Positions 12,385 to 24,215 of a stretch of 64,000 nucleotides of DNA are shown here, piece by piece. Both the position numbers and the translations under genes were made by a program. The notes beneath the pieces are model-generated. The model did not search any database and was not told the origin of the DNA. It saw nothing but the letters and a program-made list of their open reading frames with translations. The stretch is from Octopus vulgaris (lineage: Eukaryota). The stretch lies in the NCBI GenBank assembly GCA_951406725.2, contig OX597840.1:38192001-38256000 (forward strand), written 5' to 3'. Every line of letters begins with the position of its first letter. Positions within the stretch are counted from its first letter, which is position 1.

Positions 12385-14649
12385 CGCCAAGATTAACATA
12401 TGAAGAGGAGGTGATACAAAACACATGTGCACCGCTTGCACCAAGGTGAACCCTACCAAGCAATCCCATGAGCAGGACCGCATTTACAAATCCCTTACAC
12501 ATACCAATCCCCAAGGCTTCCCAACATCTAACGCAAACCAATCCCCAAGGCTTACCAATTCCTAACACTTAGCAATACCCAATCCTTGCTTTGCACGTGT
12601 ATACTCACGTAGGTGCGCGTGAACAGGCCCAACCTGCATGAGTATTCGTGTGCGCGCACACACTTTTATACATGCCTACATGCATGCAAATATATATATA
12701 TATATATACATATAGACATGAACATATGAAGGAACACGCCTGTGTATATGTGTGAATGTGTACGCATGCATGTGTATGTATGTGTCTTTATCTTTTGTCT
12801 ATAAATTTATGCATATGTATGTATATATACAATGTATATATATGTATGTTATTAAGGTTCTCGTTTTTGTTAAATAAATAAATAAGTCAAAATAAGTCAA
12901 CATTCTAATAACTTAAAGTTGAAGAACCAACTAAATTGTTTCTCCATTTTCTCATTTGTATTATATTTATTGTGTTATGCATTGATTTATAAATAATAAT
13001 CTAGCGAATTCGCCAGGCAACCGCCTTCAAATGGAGCTTTATTTATTGACCAGTTGAAAAGTGAAAGTAGACCATGGAGCGATTTGAAATCAGGACGCAA
13101 GACGCTCGGAAGAAATCCATGAGTCATTACATCCAAATTTCTAACGACATTTCCATTTCACCGTCCATAGAAGAAAGTCTCAGATCCGAGCATAATTCCT
13201 TCGTTCCATTCCCCTAATTCCGGATATCCAGAAAAAATTTACAATGCTGACCTTTGTCCAGTCGCTAATGCATTCCATAAATAGAAAATTAAAATTCTTC
13301 GAGAATAAATGCCACACACTGCGCAGATATATCTTCACGAGTTTTAGCCATCAATCATGCACATCTTTGTGGCGAAAATTCGTGATCAAAATGAGTTATC
13401 AAAGAAGAAAATCATCCAAAGATGTTGTCACTTTTTTTTTCTTTTTTGCTGTGTGTATTGGTTGTTTATGAGGAATTTTACTGCTTAATGAATATTTCAT
13501 GAAAATTAGAATTTGCTTCATTCCTCTTCTTTGAGTCATTTGAAAGGAAGCAGTTTAAGAAATATCATAAATCGTGAATTCAGCTTGGTATTTCACAAAA
13601 CAGCATGTCTTTATGTTTAACCAAATAAAATTGATTTGTGAAGAGGTCCAAACAGTCGTTAAGTATCTCCGACACGAAACTTTTTTTTCATAACGTTTGT
13701 TTTATTTTATTTTCTTTATAAAAGAACCAACTAGCCGTGCCTACATCTTGCAGACTCTGTTTTATCTATTCAAATGCGAAGAATGAGCAAAAGGAATAAA
13801 TAGAATTTTAAAAAATACTCAAAAAATAAATTTCAAAATAAAGAAAGAAAAATATTTCATATTTTGAACTGAAATGATTGTTTTGTTGTTGTTTTCTTTC
13901 TTGTACTTAAAAAAATTGAAATATTTTTCTTTAGCTTTCATTTTACATTAAATGTCCGATTGGTTCTGATTATGAAAACGGGATTACTAGTAATCGATAT
14001 TTCACATGATTAATTTACATTCTAAGTGATAGTCCAATACAGAATTATAGTTTTATATAGCCTAATGTAGGATTTTAGTAATCTAGAGTCCGATATGTAT
14101 AATTCATACTTGCACCTACGAAACTTAGTAATGTTTGTGATACCGAAGTTCGGTTCCTGCAACAGTCGATTCTCCTATTGAAGTGTTGAGGATACGCCCG
14201 TATCAATGTATGTGCGGGTATGACTATATAAGTAAAAAACAGGCTTTGCAAGCACACGATTTCTGGTTCGGCCCCACAGTCTGGCACCTGGGGTAAGTAA
14301 GTGTCTTGTACTATAGCCATGAGTCGACCAATGCCTTCAGTAAATTTTATAGACTGAATCTAAAATAGTCTTATCTTATGTGTGTGTGTGTGTGTGTGTG
14401 TTTTCTGTGTGAAACAAAATAAAAAACAAGTACAAATGCGTGACCCTTACATCTAGTCTCCAATGTTCTTACTTTCACTCTGATCAAACAACTCTGAACA
14501 GAGGGGTACAAAGATGTGATAATCTCATCTTTTATTTGATAAACTACTACATCGCCTTCCATTTTCTATTTTGTCTGCAGGATATTTGATGTGAATTCGT
14601 GCGTCAGATCTTATTGGTCTTGGGACGATCATTACGCCAACAATGGCGC

Positions 14650-15490
14650 TTTCTACTATAGGCACAAGGCCTGAAAAATTGGGGGAGGTATAAGCCAATT
14701 AAATCAGCTCGATTAAACTGGTATTTAATTTATCGACTCCGAAAGGATGAAAGGCTAAGTCGAACTTCGGCGGAATTTGAACTCAGAATGTAGCGACGGG
14801 CGAAATACTGCTACGCATTCCGTCCAGCGGATTAGCTATTCTGCCTGCTTGCCGTCTACATTAAGCCAACAATAATAACACATGTACTAAAGCGGCGAGC
14901 TGGAAGAAACGCTAGAACGCCGGGCGAAATGCTTTGCGGTATTTCGTCTTCCGCTACGTTCAAATGCCGCAGAGGTCGACTTTTCCTATCATCCTTTTGG
15001 GGTCGATTAAATAAGTACCAATTACGCACTGGGGTCGATATAATCGACTTAATCTTTTGTCTATCCTTGTTTGCTTCTCTCTGTTTAGCCCCTTGTGGAT
15101 AGTAAAGAAATAGGTATGTCGTTTGCCGCTACGTTGTGAGTTCAAATTCCCCAGAGGTCGAATTTCCATTTCATCCTTCCGGGGTCGATTAAGTAAGTAC
15201 CAGTTACGCACTGGTGTCGATATAATCGACTTAATCTGTTTGCCTGTCCTTGTTTGTTCTCTCTGTGTGTAGCCCCTTGTGGGCAGTAAAGAAATATGAA
15301 ACTTTAGCGTGCTGGGCGAAATACTTAGTGGTATTCCGTCTGCCGTTACATTCTGAGTTCAAAGTTCGCCGAGGTCTATTTTGCCTTTCATCCTTTCGGT
15401 GTCGATAAATTAAGTACCATTTGCGTACCGGGATCGATCTAATCGACTGATCCCCTCCCGCCAAATTTCGGGCCTTTTGCTTAGAGTAAA
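14650..15490. mobile_element. SINE family A cluster (minus 14650-14860, plus tandem 14890-15490)
   Basis: Head ggcgagctgg..gttcaaattcc (A/B-box-like) plus repeated body. Confidence 0.85.
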
Positions 15491-16337
15491 AATGAATAAG
15501 AACACCTGCACCGATTCAATAACACTTCCTTACAGTAAGATCAGATCTTGCTGAGAGAGGGTAAGTTATTAAGTCACTGAAAAGGTCGCGACGGCAAGAA
15601 AAGGATTTTGACTAACAAACAACATATTGATTATTTAGCCAGCACATTTAACAAACGAGAAATTACTGTGTTTGTTAAATATTTAACCAGCTGACTAACA
15701 ATAAAAGGTGGCATTGCACCAGTGCGTGTGTTATCATTATTATTGGCGTAATGACCGTCCCAATACCACATTTCTTATTTTCGATATTTCTTTAGATTTT
15801 CATTTAAAGAGACTTCACACCTTTGCTTTCGAAGTCTGACGAACAGACACGATCGTCCCCACTGGATCCCGCAATTGCTAGGGCATGCAATTATTGACAG
15901 ACACGTATCTTATTTATAAAGACTCCAAAAGTATATTAAGCCTACGCAGCCAGAATAGAAGTGTATAGCTCAATATTCTCAGGCATTTTCTCTGTAAATT
16001 TAATAATTTCCCTTCACCCTCCATTATTTATTAATCATGTTTTTTTCTGCCCTCATAGCAGGATTGCTTTCGATCATAATTTTAAAGGAATGGAAATAGC
16101 AGGATTCTGAAAATGACAATAAGGGGATTTGCTTTCTCCTGTGGAAAGTAATGCAAAATCTAAATAAAATTGTGAATAGGGACATTTTCTTTTTTTGTCA
16201 TAAATTATATTCAGTTTTGAATTTTTAATAATTTTAGCAACGCCATGAACAACCTCGTGATTACTTATTTAAAGATACGACATTACAACGTAATCATCAC
16301 AGTGTCAGCGATGACAGCAATATTAGAATTGGCATTT

Positions 16338-16550
16338 AAGGCGGGGAGCTGACAGAATCGGTGGCGCATCAGGCTAAGTGCTTAGCGGCATTTCTTCCGT
16401 GTTTACATTCGGGGTTCAAATTCCGTGCGCAGTACAAATTAACCTTTCATCATTTCAAGATCGATAAAATAAGTACCAGTTGCGCACTGGGATAGAGTGA
16501 TCGACTTACACACGTTCCCGACATTGCCGGCCTTGTGCCAAAATTTGAAA
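16338..16550 (+). mobile_element. SINE family A-related copy with alternative tail
   Basis: ggcggggagctgacagaatcg..gttcaaattcc..gataaaataagtaccag..ccttgtgccaaaatttgaaac. Confidence 0.7.
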
Positions 16551-17614
16551 CATAACATAAGTATTTTCTCGAGCACTAATACCAGTGACAACCATATGGT
16601 ATTCAACAGTAATATTGATATGAAATCTTGATAGAAAACTAGGAATTTCGAAGAGTTGGGTGATAAGTCAATTACATCGACCCCAGCACTCGACGAGTAC
16701 TCATTTTATCGATACCGAAAGAATGAAGTCAAGTCAATTTCGGCAGAAATTCAACAGTAATTTTGTTTTCTAATTCTGGTACTAGGTCCACAGTTTTAGG
16801 GGATTTGTCAAGTCAATTAAATCGACCCTAGTGCTCAGCGGGTATTTATTTAATCCACTACAAAGCAACAAATAGCAAAGGCGACCCCTGCAGAATTAAA
16901 TTTGATATTACTTTTAAGAAAATAAAACAAACCTTCAACTCATCCTTCTAGTTTCATAGAATAAAATAAATGCTGAAGATACTATAATAATTGTAAACAT
17001 CTAAGAAGCAGTTTTATAAGATCTAGAGTACTTTCTTAATTAGAGTCGGTTTGATGATACGAATACAAGAAAAATCACGGAGGTTTCTTGCTGAAACGGT
17101 GACAATTTCGGATAGAAAATGATATGTCATGTGAAGGGCATGAAAATGCGACAAAAACAGGGCTGTTTGAAAATTATCTCAAAAATCTTACAGAATATTG
17201 CTTCCAACATTAGACACAATGCCATCAATGTCAATGGAGGGGTGGTTCGTTTACATTGATACTATTGCCCGAAAGGGCGAAAGGTAAATTTGTAGAACTC
17301 AGAAGGTAAAGACAGATGAAATGCCGTTACGCATTTTGCCCAGCTCGCCCAGAAGATTATAACTATTGTTTTCTAATCTTAGCACAAACCCAGCAATTTC
17401 AGGATAACTGGGACATATGTATGTGCCCTCATTCCTAAAACTAAAAAAATCTTATAGCAGTCAGATACAACCAGAGTGTTGATCAGTTAGCAACTGAACT
17501 TCACAACCTCATATGTTCCTAAAATTCATATCTACATCTTTATCTGTATATTCACCTTCTCTAAAATGTTATTACTTGGTTTGAAAGCTTTTATATTATT
17601 GGAAAACTTATATA

Positions 17615-17705
17615 AATTGGCTGAAGAGTACTCAGCACCTTAAATCTGCTGTAATACTTACAGCTTTTAATAAAATGTTGTAGTAAGAGACAATTGTACT
17701 AAATT
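17615..17705 (+). ncRNA. Degenerate hammerhead with long stem II (family X)
   Basis: aauugg|CUGAAGA|guacu..aguaa|GAGA-CAAUUG-UA|cuaaauu. Confidence 0.6.
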
Positions 17706-17827
17706 ACTGGAGTCATTCTTGTTGCTATTTTTGATTATAATCACCCCGCAAATTTTTATGGGTAACACCATACAAAATTCTGGTGCATCTAAATTAAGTA
17801 CCATATTCATTTGAATCTAAATTGTTG

Positions 17828-17866
<39 letters not shown>

Positions 17867-19072
17867 CAATTATCCTGAAATATATATATATATAATATTG
17901 GATCCAATAGCTACTTTTGTAATTGCTGTGCAGCACAGAAAGCTTGATGATACAAATCCAATGACCAAAGAGATTATACCTGTGGACATGCAGTTTTACC
18001 TGAGATAACGATTCATTAGTTAGGCACTACGTCATTGCATTTAGTTTTTAAACCAGTAACATATTATTCTATGACCGTTTGGTTGCTATTTCTACCATGA
18101 CGCGTGGCCACGTTGAGGCTGTTTTCTTATATTTTTACCTCCAACTATAATTTAGTCGATACTATATTAGGATCATTACCTTTTCGTTCACGTGACTTTT
18201 ATCATGAGCCCAACCATTGCCCTAAAATTTACAGTTTATTCCTGGCTTAAGATCCCATGAAAATCTCTTGTTGTTAAATTAAAAATTCTTTTTGATCTCC
18301 TATCAAGCAGAAGTAAATGGGATATTTGTTTATAACTCACACATACGAAAATAGACCCTTCTCCGCACATCACCAAATGAATATGCAGGATAGCAACAAA
18401 GAAATCATTAATGAACCCAAAGAGGAAAAATCATTTTGTTTTCTATGTGTATAAAATCAAATTTACACTTGAAGTATCTTCGTAATTTTTAGTTTACCGT
18501 TTGTATGTTAGTGTTTATTGTTGGTGTTTTTGCTTTCCTCATGTAATCAGGAAATATTTGGTTCTAAACTATTTCTTCACATCTTTTCAGGTAAACGATA
18601 AATTGAAGTATTAAGAATATTTCTTTTATCGGATAATCTATAATTTTCTTGAAAGGTTTTATAATAATATTTCAGTGTTTCTTTTTGCGGATTTTTGTTT
18701 AAACGTTTATGAAATTTAATAATAACTGTTCACACATAAATAATGGAATTAACGGAACTCGCTTCATGTATGAAATAAATGTTTGATAAATCTGGGCGTT
18801 ATAACAGGTTTTCCATTTATTTAGATATTTTATTTGTGGATTTCAATATATACATGTGTGTGTATGTGTGTTTGTGTATGTGTACATATAAACAATATAT
18901 GTATATATATGCATTTCTAAAGTACATATATACATACATTCACATGCATACTGCCACACATATTTATACACGAATATTTCGAATGATATAATCTGAGTTC
19001 TATAAAAGGCTTCAAAATAAGTTGGATTGTTATTTATAAAAATATGCGTTATTTTCATATATATATGTATAT

Positions 19073-19138
<66 letters not shown>

Positions 19139-19197
19139 GTATGTATATATATATGTATGTATATATGTATATATATACATATATATATATGTATGTG

Positions 19198-19239
<42 letters not shown>

Positions 19240-20070
19240 CATACATATATGAGTGTGTGTGTGCGTGTATGGAACCGTATGTATATATAGATATATGCAT
19301 ATATACGTACGATACACACGTATATATATATATATATATACATTCTTTTTATTTCTATCTATATAAATTTATATTGTTATTTTGTAATTCGCTCTCTGCC
19401 CTTTCTTCGTTTATAACCTTATATATTCTATCCAACGCATTTACATCTTTGCTTATTAAAAATGATTGACATCAACAAAAATTTAATATCTTCCAACATA
19501 ATTCAAGCATCGGGAATTTGTTATGCGTGCGTCCTTGGCTTCCATCATATATTTTGTATTCAAACATTTACTGTCTCTTCCTAACGATTTTCGCTCATCT
19601 CATACTCAAAATTCATGACATGGACGTCTTTATAAACACCAAATATCTCAGAAAGATTTGAAAATTAATTTACAATATGAAGGTGCCGTGCAGAGCCGAA
19701 GATTTCAGAAGTTCGCTTCACAACCGAGCATTCCAGCTAATTGTATGCTGCACAAGGTGATTATGTTTAATGTTTCTCCGGGACGTGAATGGAATTTGGT
19801 AATTTAGTTGCTAGAATTTTCAAAATCTTGTAAAACAGCTCTCTCTCTCTCTCTTTCTTTCCCTTTCAGTCTCTCTTCCCATCTCTCCATTCCTCCCTCT
19901 CTCTCACTATGTATATATATATTTATATATACATATATATATATATATAAAAATATAAAAATCTCTGACAAAGGATATTTACAACATTTCTAAAAATAAC
20001 CCAACAATTGCTGCTTCGGCCAGGGTCAAGATACAGGACTCTTGACCTGTCCAACAAAGCGTGATGCCTA

Positions 20071-20186
20071 AACCAATCAGCTCAACCAACCAATCAGCTT
20101 AAGTAATTGAGTGATACTACACACTGATTGGTCAGAATACAGTTTGCAAAACCTAGCACTCTGGAGCCTACCCAGCTGTATTTATA
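20071..20186 (+). promoter_or_regulatory. Putative Pol II promoter in pLTR: three CCAAT boxes plus TATA-like box (copy at +4271)
   Basis: CCAATCAG at 20073 and 20090, inverted CTGATTGG at 20124-20131, TATTTATA at 20179-20186. Confidence 0.6.
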
Positions 20187-20249
20187 GCACAGAATCACTC
20201 ATCTTGCTACAGTCAAAAATTGTGAAGCATGACTGTCAACACTACTACA

Positions 20250-20294
20250 TGAACCCGAAGATTGCAGAATTCAATGCATGAAAGTACTAGTTCA
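20250..20294 (+). ncRNA. Minimal type I hammerhead ribozyme (U4C core variant) in 5' pLTR
   Basis: UGAAC|CCGAAGA|u-UGCA-gaauucaa-UGCA-u|GAA-AGUACU (palindrome)-A|GUUCA. Confidence 0.8.
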
Positions 20295-20499
20295 ATCAGA
20301 ATGAATATTTAACATTCTACTATTTCATTTTATTTTACTCAATTATAATATATTATCTTATAATATATCATTATAAGATTGTAAATAAAACGTGAAAATC
20401 AGACAAGGTTGGAATTCTTTTTATTAATATATTCTTCTATACACAATCACACACACCCATATATATATATATCTATATTCCTATTGTGTATATGCCAAC

Positions 20500-21792
20500 A
20501 TGTCTGGAAAGCAACAAACAAAATTAACAGAATCCGAAAGAATTCTAATGGAAATTTCATCGAAATTATCAACACTCATCACGATGATTGACACACAATC
20601 CTCTATTTTAAAGGAAATAGAAAAACAGTCTACAGACGGAAAACTTGGAAATGAACACATAAACTCTGAAATTAAGAATTTAGCTGAAATGATACCAACA
20701 ATTATAAAATCTACAAGAGAAAGCCTACCACAACCTCCTTGGATGTCAGAAATAAACGAAAGAAATCTGGAAAAAGAGGCACACCGAAAAAGAGAAGAGA
20801 TACAGAAGACATGGAAAAAACTCCTTAACATAAGAAAACAAAACTTCTGGAAGGCATATAAATGCGAAAAATATGCTGAAATACATTCGAAATGGATATC
20901 TTTAGCGGCACCCATACTTCCTCGGAAGTACCTAATTAAAGAAATTGCAGGAGAACCAGAGGAAGAAACTAAACTTCGATGGGACCTTAGTTTGATAAAA
21001 TTCAGGACCGACATCTCCATTACCCTGTCTAAACAATCCCGCTACAAAGCCAAATACGAAGCTATCGATGATCAAATCAGAGATGAAATATCCAAACTAA
21101 CGACCGGCAATATAGCAGAAAAAATGCGAGAACTATGGATCAGAGATATCTCAAAAGAAGAAAGCAGATCAAGAAAGTTTTGGCAGCGGAAACAATTATT
21201 TCTCGACAAATATGCTACAAATTACGGTAAAGACACCAGAACTCCGAGAAATAGCATTAAAAGTGGACAACCTCACCAACGCAACATACACCAGAACACG
21301 TGGCAACATGAACACCCGTTTCACCACGAATCGAAGACGAACTACGGTAAGAACTCTTCCCATTTTGTATGCAAACACCCTAATGCACACAACATGAACA
21401 AAAATCACAAACAAAATAGATATTGTTTTGAACAAACCATTAGCAGTAGAGATAACAGGAGATCATTTTCAAGACCTCAACAGAGATTACCCACAAGAAA
21501 CTGGACAAAAAACCGATCTAGATCTAGAAGTAAACCCAGATCATTTCTCCAGGTGGTTAAAAACAATGCTAACAAGAAATTGAAAAGTAGCATACATAAT
21601 ACCAAAAACAAGACAGAAAACATAACGAAACCAAGTAAAGTACCACAACCAAAACGCAAAATTCATCAAGCAAACATCAACAGGAATATAAATCATAACC
21701 AGAAAAAAATCCATTTTTTTACGTCAGGACAACAAACACCGGAGAAAGAAAAAATCCAAGAGGAAACATACCCCAAACAACTGAACGTATAG
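20500..21792 (+). CDS. PLE ORF1, 430 aa: helical/coiled-coil-like N-half, basic low-complexity RS-containing C-half
   Basis: Long complex ORF starting (ccaacATG) just after the 5' pLTR; K/E/L-rich N-half; RSRSRSKPR and K/R/N/Q-rich C-half. Confidence 0.85.
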   Translation: MSGKQQTKLTESERILMEISSKLSTLITMIDTQSSILKEIEKQSTDGKLGNEHINSEIKNLAEMIPTIIKSTRESLPQPPWMSEINERNLEKEAHRKREEIQKTWKKLLNIRKQNFWKAYKCEKYAEIHSKWISLAAPILPRKYLIKEIAGEPEEETKLRWDLSLIKFRTDISITLSKQSRYKAKYEAIDDQIRDEISKLTTGNIAEKMRELWIRDISKEESRSRKFWQRKQLFLDKYATNYGKDTRTPRNSIKSGQPHQRNIHQNTWQHEHPFHHESKTNYGKNSSHFVCKHPNAHNMNKNHKQNRYCFEQTISSRDNRRSFSRPQQRLPTRNWTKNRSRSRSKPRSFLQVVKNNANKKLKSSIHNTKNKTENITKPSKVPQPKRKIHQANINRNINHNQKKIHFFTSGQQTPEKEKIQEETYPKQLNV

Positions 21793-24026
21793 ATCCTAAA
21801 ATAATTAATTTATCAAAAAGAGATCTTGACAATGATGAAATCCAACTTCTGTCAAAAGGACTGAAATTCACACCTACACCAACAGCCAACCACCAAGAAT
21901 TAAAGGAGGATATCCAAAAATTCTGTCGAAAATTACGACTTGTAGAATTCTTCGCTAACAAAAGTAATGAGATTGATGAATCCCTAGTAAGGAATAAATC
22001 AAATTTCACCCCACCAAAAGGAAGAAATAACTACCTTGACCAATACATTGATATCCTGTCTAAATTTCCCCTTAGACGCAATACCAATGTTAGGCCAAAC
22101 ATTAGCAAATCAGAGATGTCTGCATGTAAACGTATACAAAACGATCAAACAATAATAATTAAACAAGCAGATAAAGGTGGTGCAATTGTTATTATGGATA
22201 CCGAATACTATAAGGATTTGGTTGAAGACCAACTGAAGGATACAACCTTCTATTGTGAAATACCCGCAAATATAGACCACCACATCATGAAAAAGATCAA
22301 CAACCTGATTTCAACACACCACAACTCACTTACGGATAATGAAAAAGACTACATCACCAATTTTGAACCAAAACCCAGCAACTTCTACGGCTTACCAAAA
22401 ATACACAAATCAAAAAACATTCAACAGGCAGTAAAAGAACAAGAAAGTGAGTACATAAAATTATTACATCCAAAAGACCTAAAACTTAGACCTATTATAG
22501 CTGGTCCAGCATGCCCTACACACCGTCTAAGCAATTTTATTGACATTGTTTTGAAACCACTATGTACTTACATACCGAGTTTCATCAGGGATGACATCGA
22601 CTTCCTGTCCCATCTTCCCAAAACAACAGAAACAAATTCAGTTTTGCTAAGTTTTGATGTGGTAAGCCTCTACACCAATATTCCACACGATTTAGGAATA
22701 AAGGCGATTAAATACTGGTTAGAAAAACATAGAGAAGTGATTCCCAGCAGATTCACAGTGCCATTTATATTAGACACAGTCAAACTTATTCTAGAAAATA
22801 ACACATTCTTCTTCAATGGAAAGAATTACATCCAAATTAGAGGCACGGCGATGGGAACGAGGTTTGCTCCCGTTTACGCCAACTCTGTAATGGGATACTT
22901 AGAAGAACAACTCTACCAAGAGGTGGAGGTAAACTATGGCACTGGATTTAGAAAGTATATTGAAAAGGCATGGAAGAGATACCTAGACGACTGTTTCATA
23001 ATCTGGACAGAATCTCTAAATACTCTGGAAGAGTTCAATATCCTCCTGAACAACCTACACCCATCTCTCAAATTTACAAAGGAGATGAGTAGTACCAAAT
23101 TACCATTCCTGGATATAATGGTAATTAAAAAAGACACCACCATCACCACAGATATATACTATAAACACACAGACACACATCCATACCTAAATTTTAAGTC
23201 GTGCCATCCACCACATACAAAACGTAACATCCCATACTGCCTAGCCAGAAGAATTTGTACTATTGTAGAAGATGCAAATATCAGGAACAAACGCCTAATA
23301 GAACTAAGAGAATTTTTGCTCAAACAAAAATACCCATCTCTACTTATAGAAAATGGCATACAGCGGGCTATAAAAATACCTATACAACAACTTAGGACAA
23401 CCCAAGGAAGAGGAAAACAAGAACAAGTCATACCATTCATAGTGACCCACAACCCATGTCACCAGAATATCTTCAACATTGCCAAAGCAAACCTTCCAAT
23501 CATTGCCCAAAGTAATGAATTAAAAGACATAATCAAGGATCGAGCTATGGTGCTTAGTAAAAGACAGCCTAAAAACTTGAAAACATTACTAACAAAGGCA
23601 AAATTTGACCTCAGCAACAAAGACCAAACATTCACGGTATTTAAATGCAATGATAGCCGATGTGGCACATGCCAATTCATACATACCGGTCAATATATAA
23701 ACACAAAAACCGGGAAAATATTCACAAACGCGAATATGAACTGCAAAAGCAGAAATTTAATTTACTGCATCAAATGCCCAAATTGTGAAGAAATATATGT
23801 AGGTCAGACGGGAAACGCACTATTAGAACGCTCACGTGTACACCGGCAACAGATTAGAGACCCAGAGGTCCGTCAGATACCTTTGAGTAACAACCTAGCA
23901 ACATGTGGTCGGAAAATATATATAATATTTCCATTCTACAAATTACACAGCCCAAGTGAAATCGAGAGGAAAATCAGAGAAAAGAATTTTATTGATAAAT
24001 TCGAACCCAAGCTAAATAAGCAATAA
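21699..24026 (+). CDS. PLE ORF2: reverse transcriptase, Cys-rich linker, GIY-YIG endonuclease (frame open from 21699; first ATG 22116)
   Basis: KIINLS..LLSKGLKFTP upstream of the first ATG; KQADKGGAIV, FYGLPKIHK, LRPII, SFDVVSLYTNIP, GTAMGTRFAP, RYLDDCF, LPFLD, SCHPPH; CNDSRCGTC; NLIYCIKCPNCEEIYVGQT..R..H..E..N. Confidence 0.95.
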   Translation, partial: PEKNPFFYVRTTNTGERKNPRGNIPQTTERIDPKIINLSKRDLDNDEIQLLSKGLKFTPTPTANHQELKEDIQKFCRKLRLVEFFANKSNEIDESLVRNKSNFTPPKGRNNYLDQYIDILSKFPLRRNTNVRPNISKSEMSACKRIQNDQTIIIKQADKGGAIVIMDTEYYKDLVEDQLKDTTFYCEIPANIDHHIMKKINNLISTHHNSLTDNEKDYITNFEPKPSNFYGLPKIHKSKNIQQAVKEQESEYIKLLHPKDLKLRPIIAGPACPTHRLSNFIDIVLKPLCTYIPSFIRDDIDFLSHLPKTTETNSVLLSFDVVSLYTNIPHDLGIKAIKYWLEKHREVIPSRFTVPFILDTVKLILENNTFFFNGKNYIQIRGTAMGTRFAPVYANSVMGYLEEQLYQEVEVNYGTGFRKYIEKAWKRYLDDCFIIWTESLNTLEEFNILLNNLHPSLKFTKEMSSTKLPFLDIMVIKKDTTITTDIYYKHTDTHPYLNFKSCHPPHTKRNIPYCLARRICTIVEDANIRNKRLIELREFLLKQKYPSLLIENGIQRAIKIPIQQLRTTQGRGKQEQVIPFIVTHNPCHQNIFNIAKANLPIIAQSNELKDIIKDRAMVLSKRQPKNLKTLLTKAKFDLSNKDQTFTVFKCNDSRCGTCQFIHTGQYINTKTGKIFTNANMNCKSRNLIYCIKCPNCEEIYVGQTGNALLERSRVHRQQIRDPEVRQIPLSNNLATCGRKIYIIFPFYKLHSPSEIERKIREKNFIDKFEPKLNKQ

Positions 24027-24215
24027 TAATAATACTTAGCGATATTACTTCCACTGCTACGACCATGACCACTAACAACAACAACAATACTAAAGGTGAT
24101 CAAGACGAAGATAGCAGGAAAATTATCTTATTTAGGGTTAAAAGTTATATTGCCACCACCATCACCACTAGCAACAATAATTAAGGTGCTGACAATGATG
24201 ATGATGACAATTGAA

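Larger units (their letters stand above)
19945..20478 (+). repeat. 5' pseudo-LTR of PLE
   Basis: Reads identical by eye to 24216-24747 except for TA count at the 3' end. Confidence 0.95.

Noticed and set aside
14560-14650. Host exon after acceptor-like ttttgtctgcag
   Set aside because: No clear donor, recognisable protein or other support; such motifs are frequent in AT-rich DNA
20010-20085. Antisense tRNA-like sequence in the pLTR
   Set aside because: Only the D-arm-like part resembles a tRNA and it overlaps CCAAT boxes; no credible B box or cloverleaf
22116-24026. Selenoprotein (Naiad-type) recoding
   Set aside because: No in-frame UGA in the ORF; it ends in TAA
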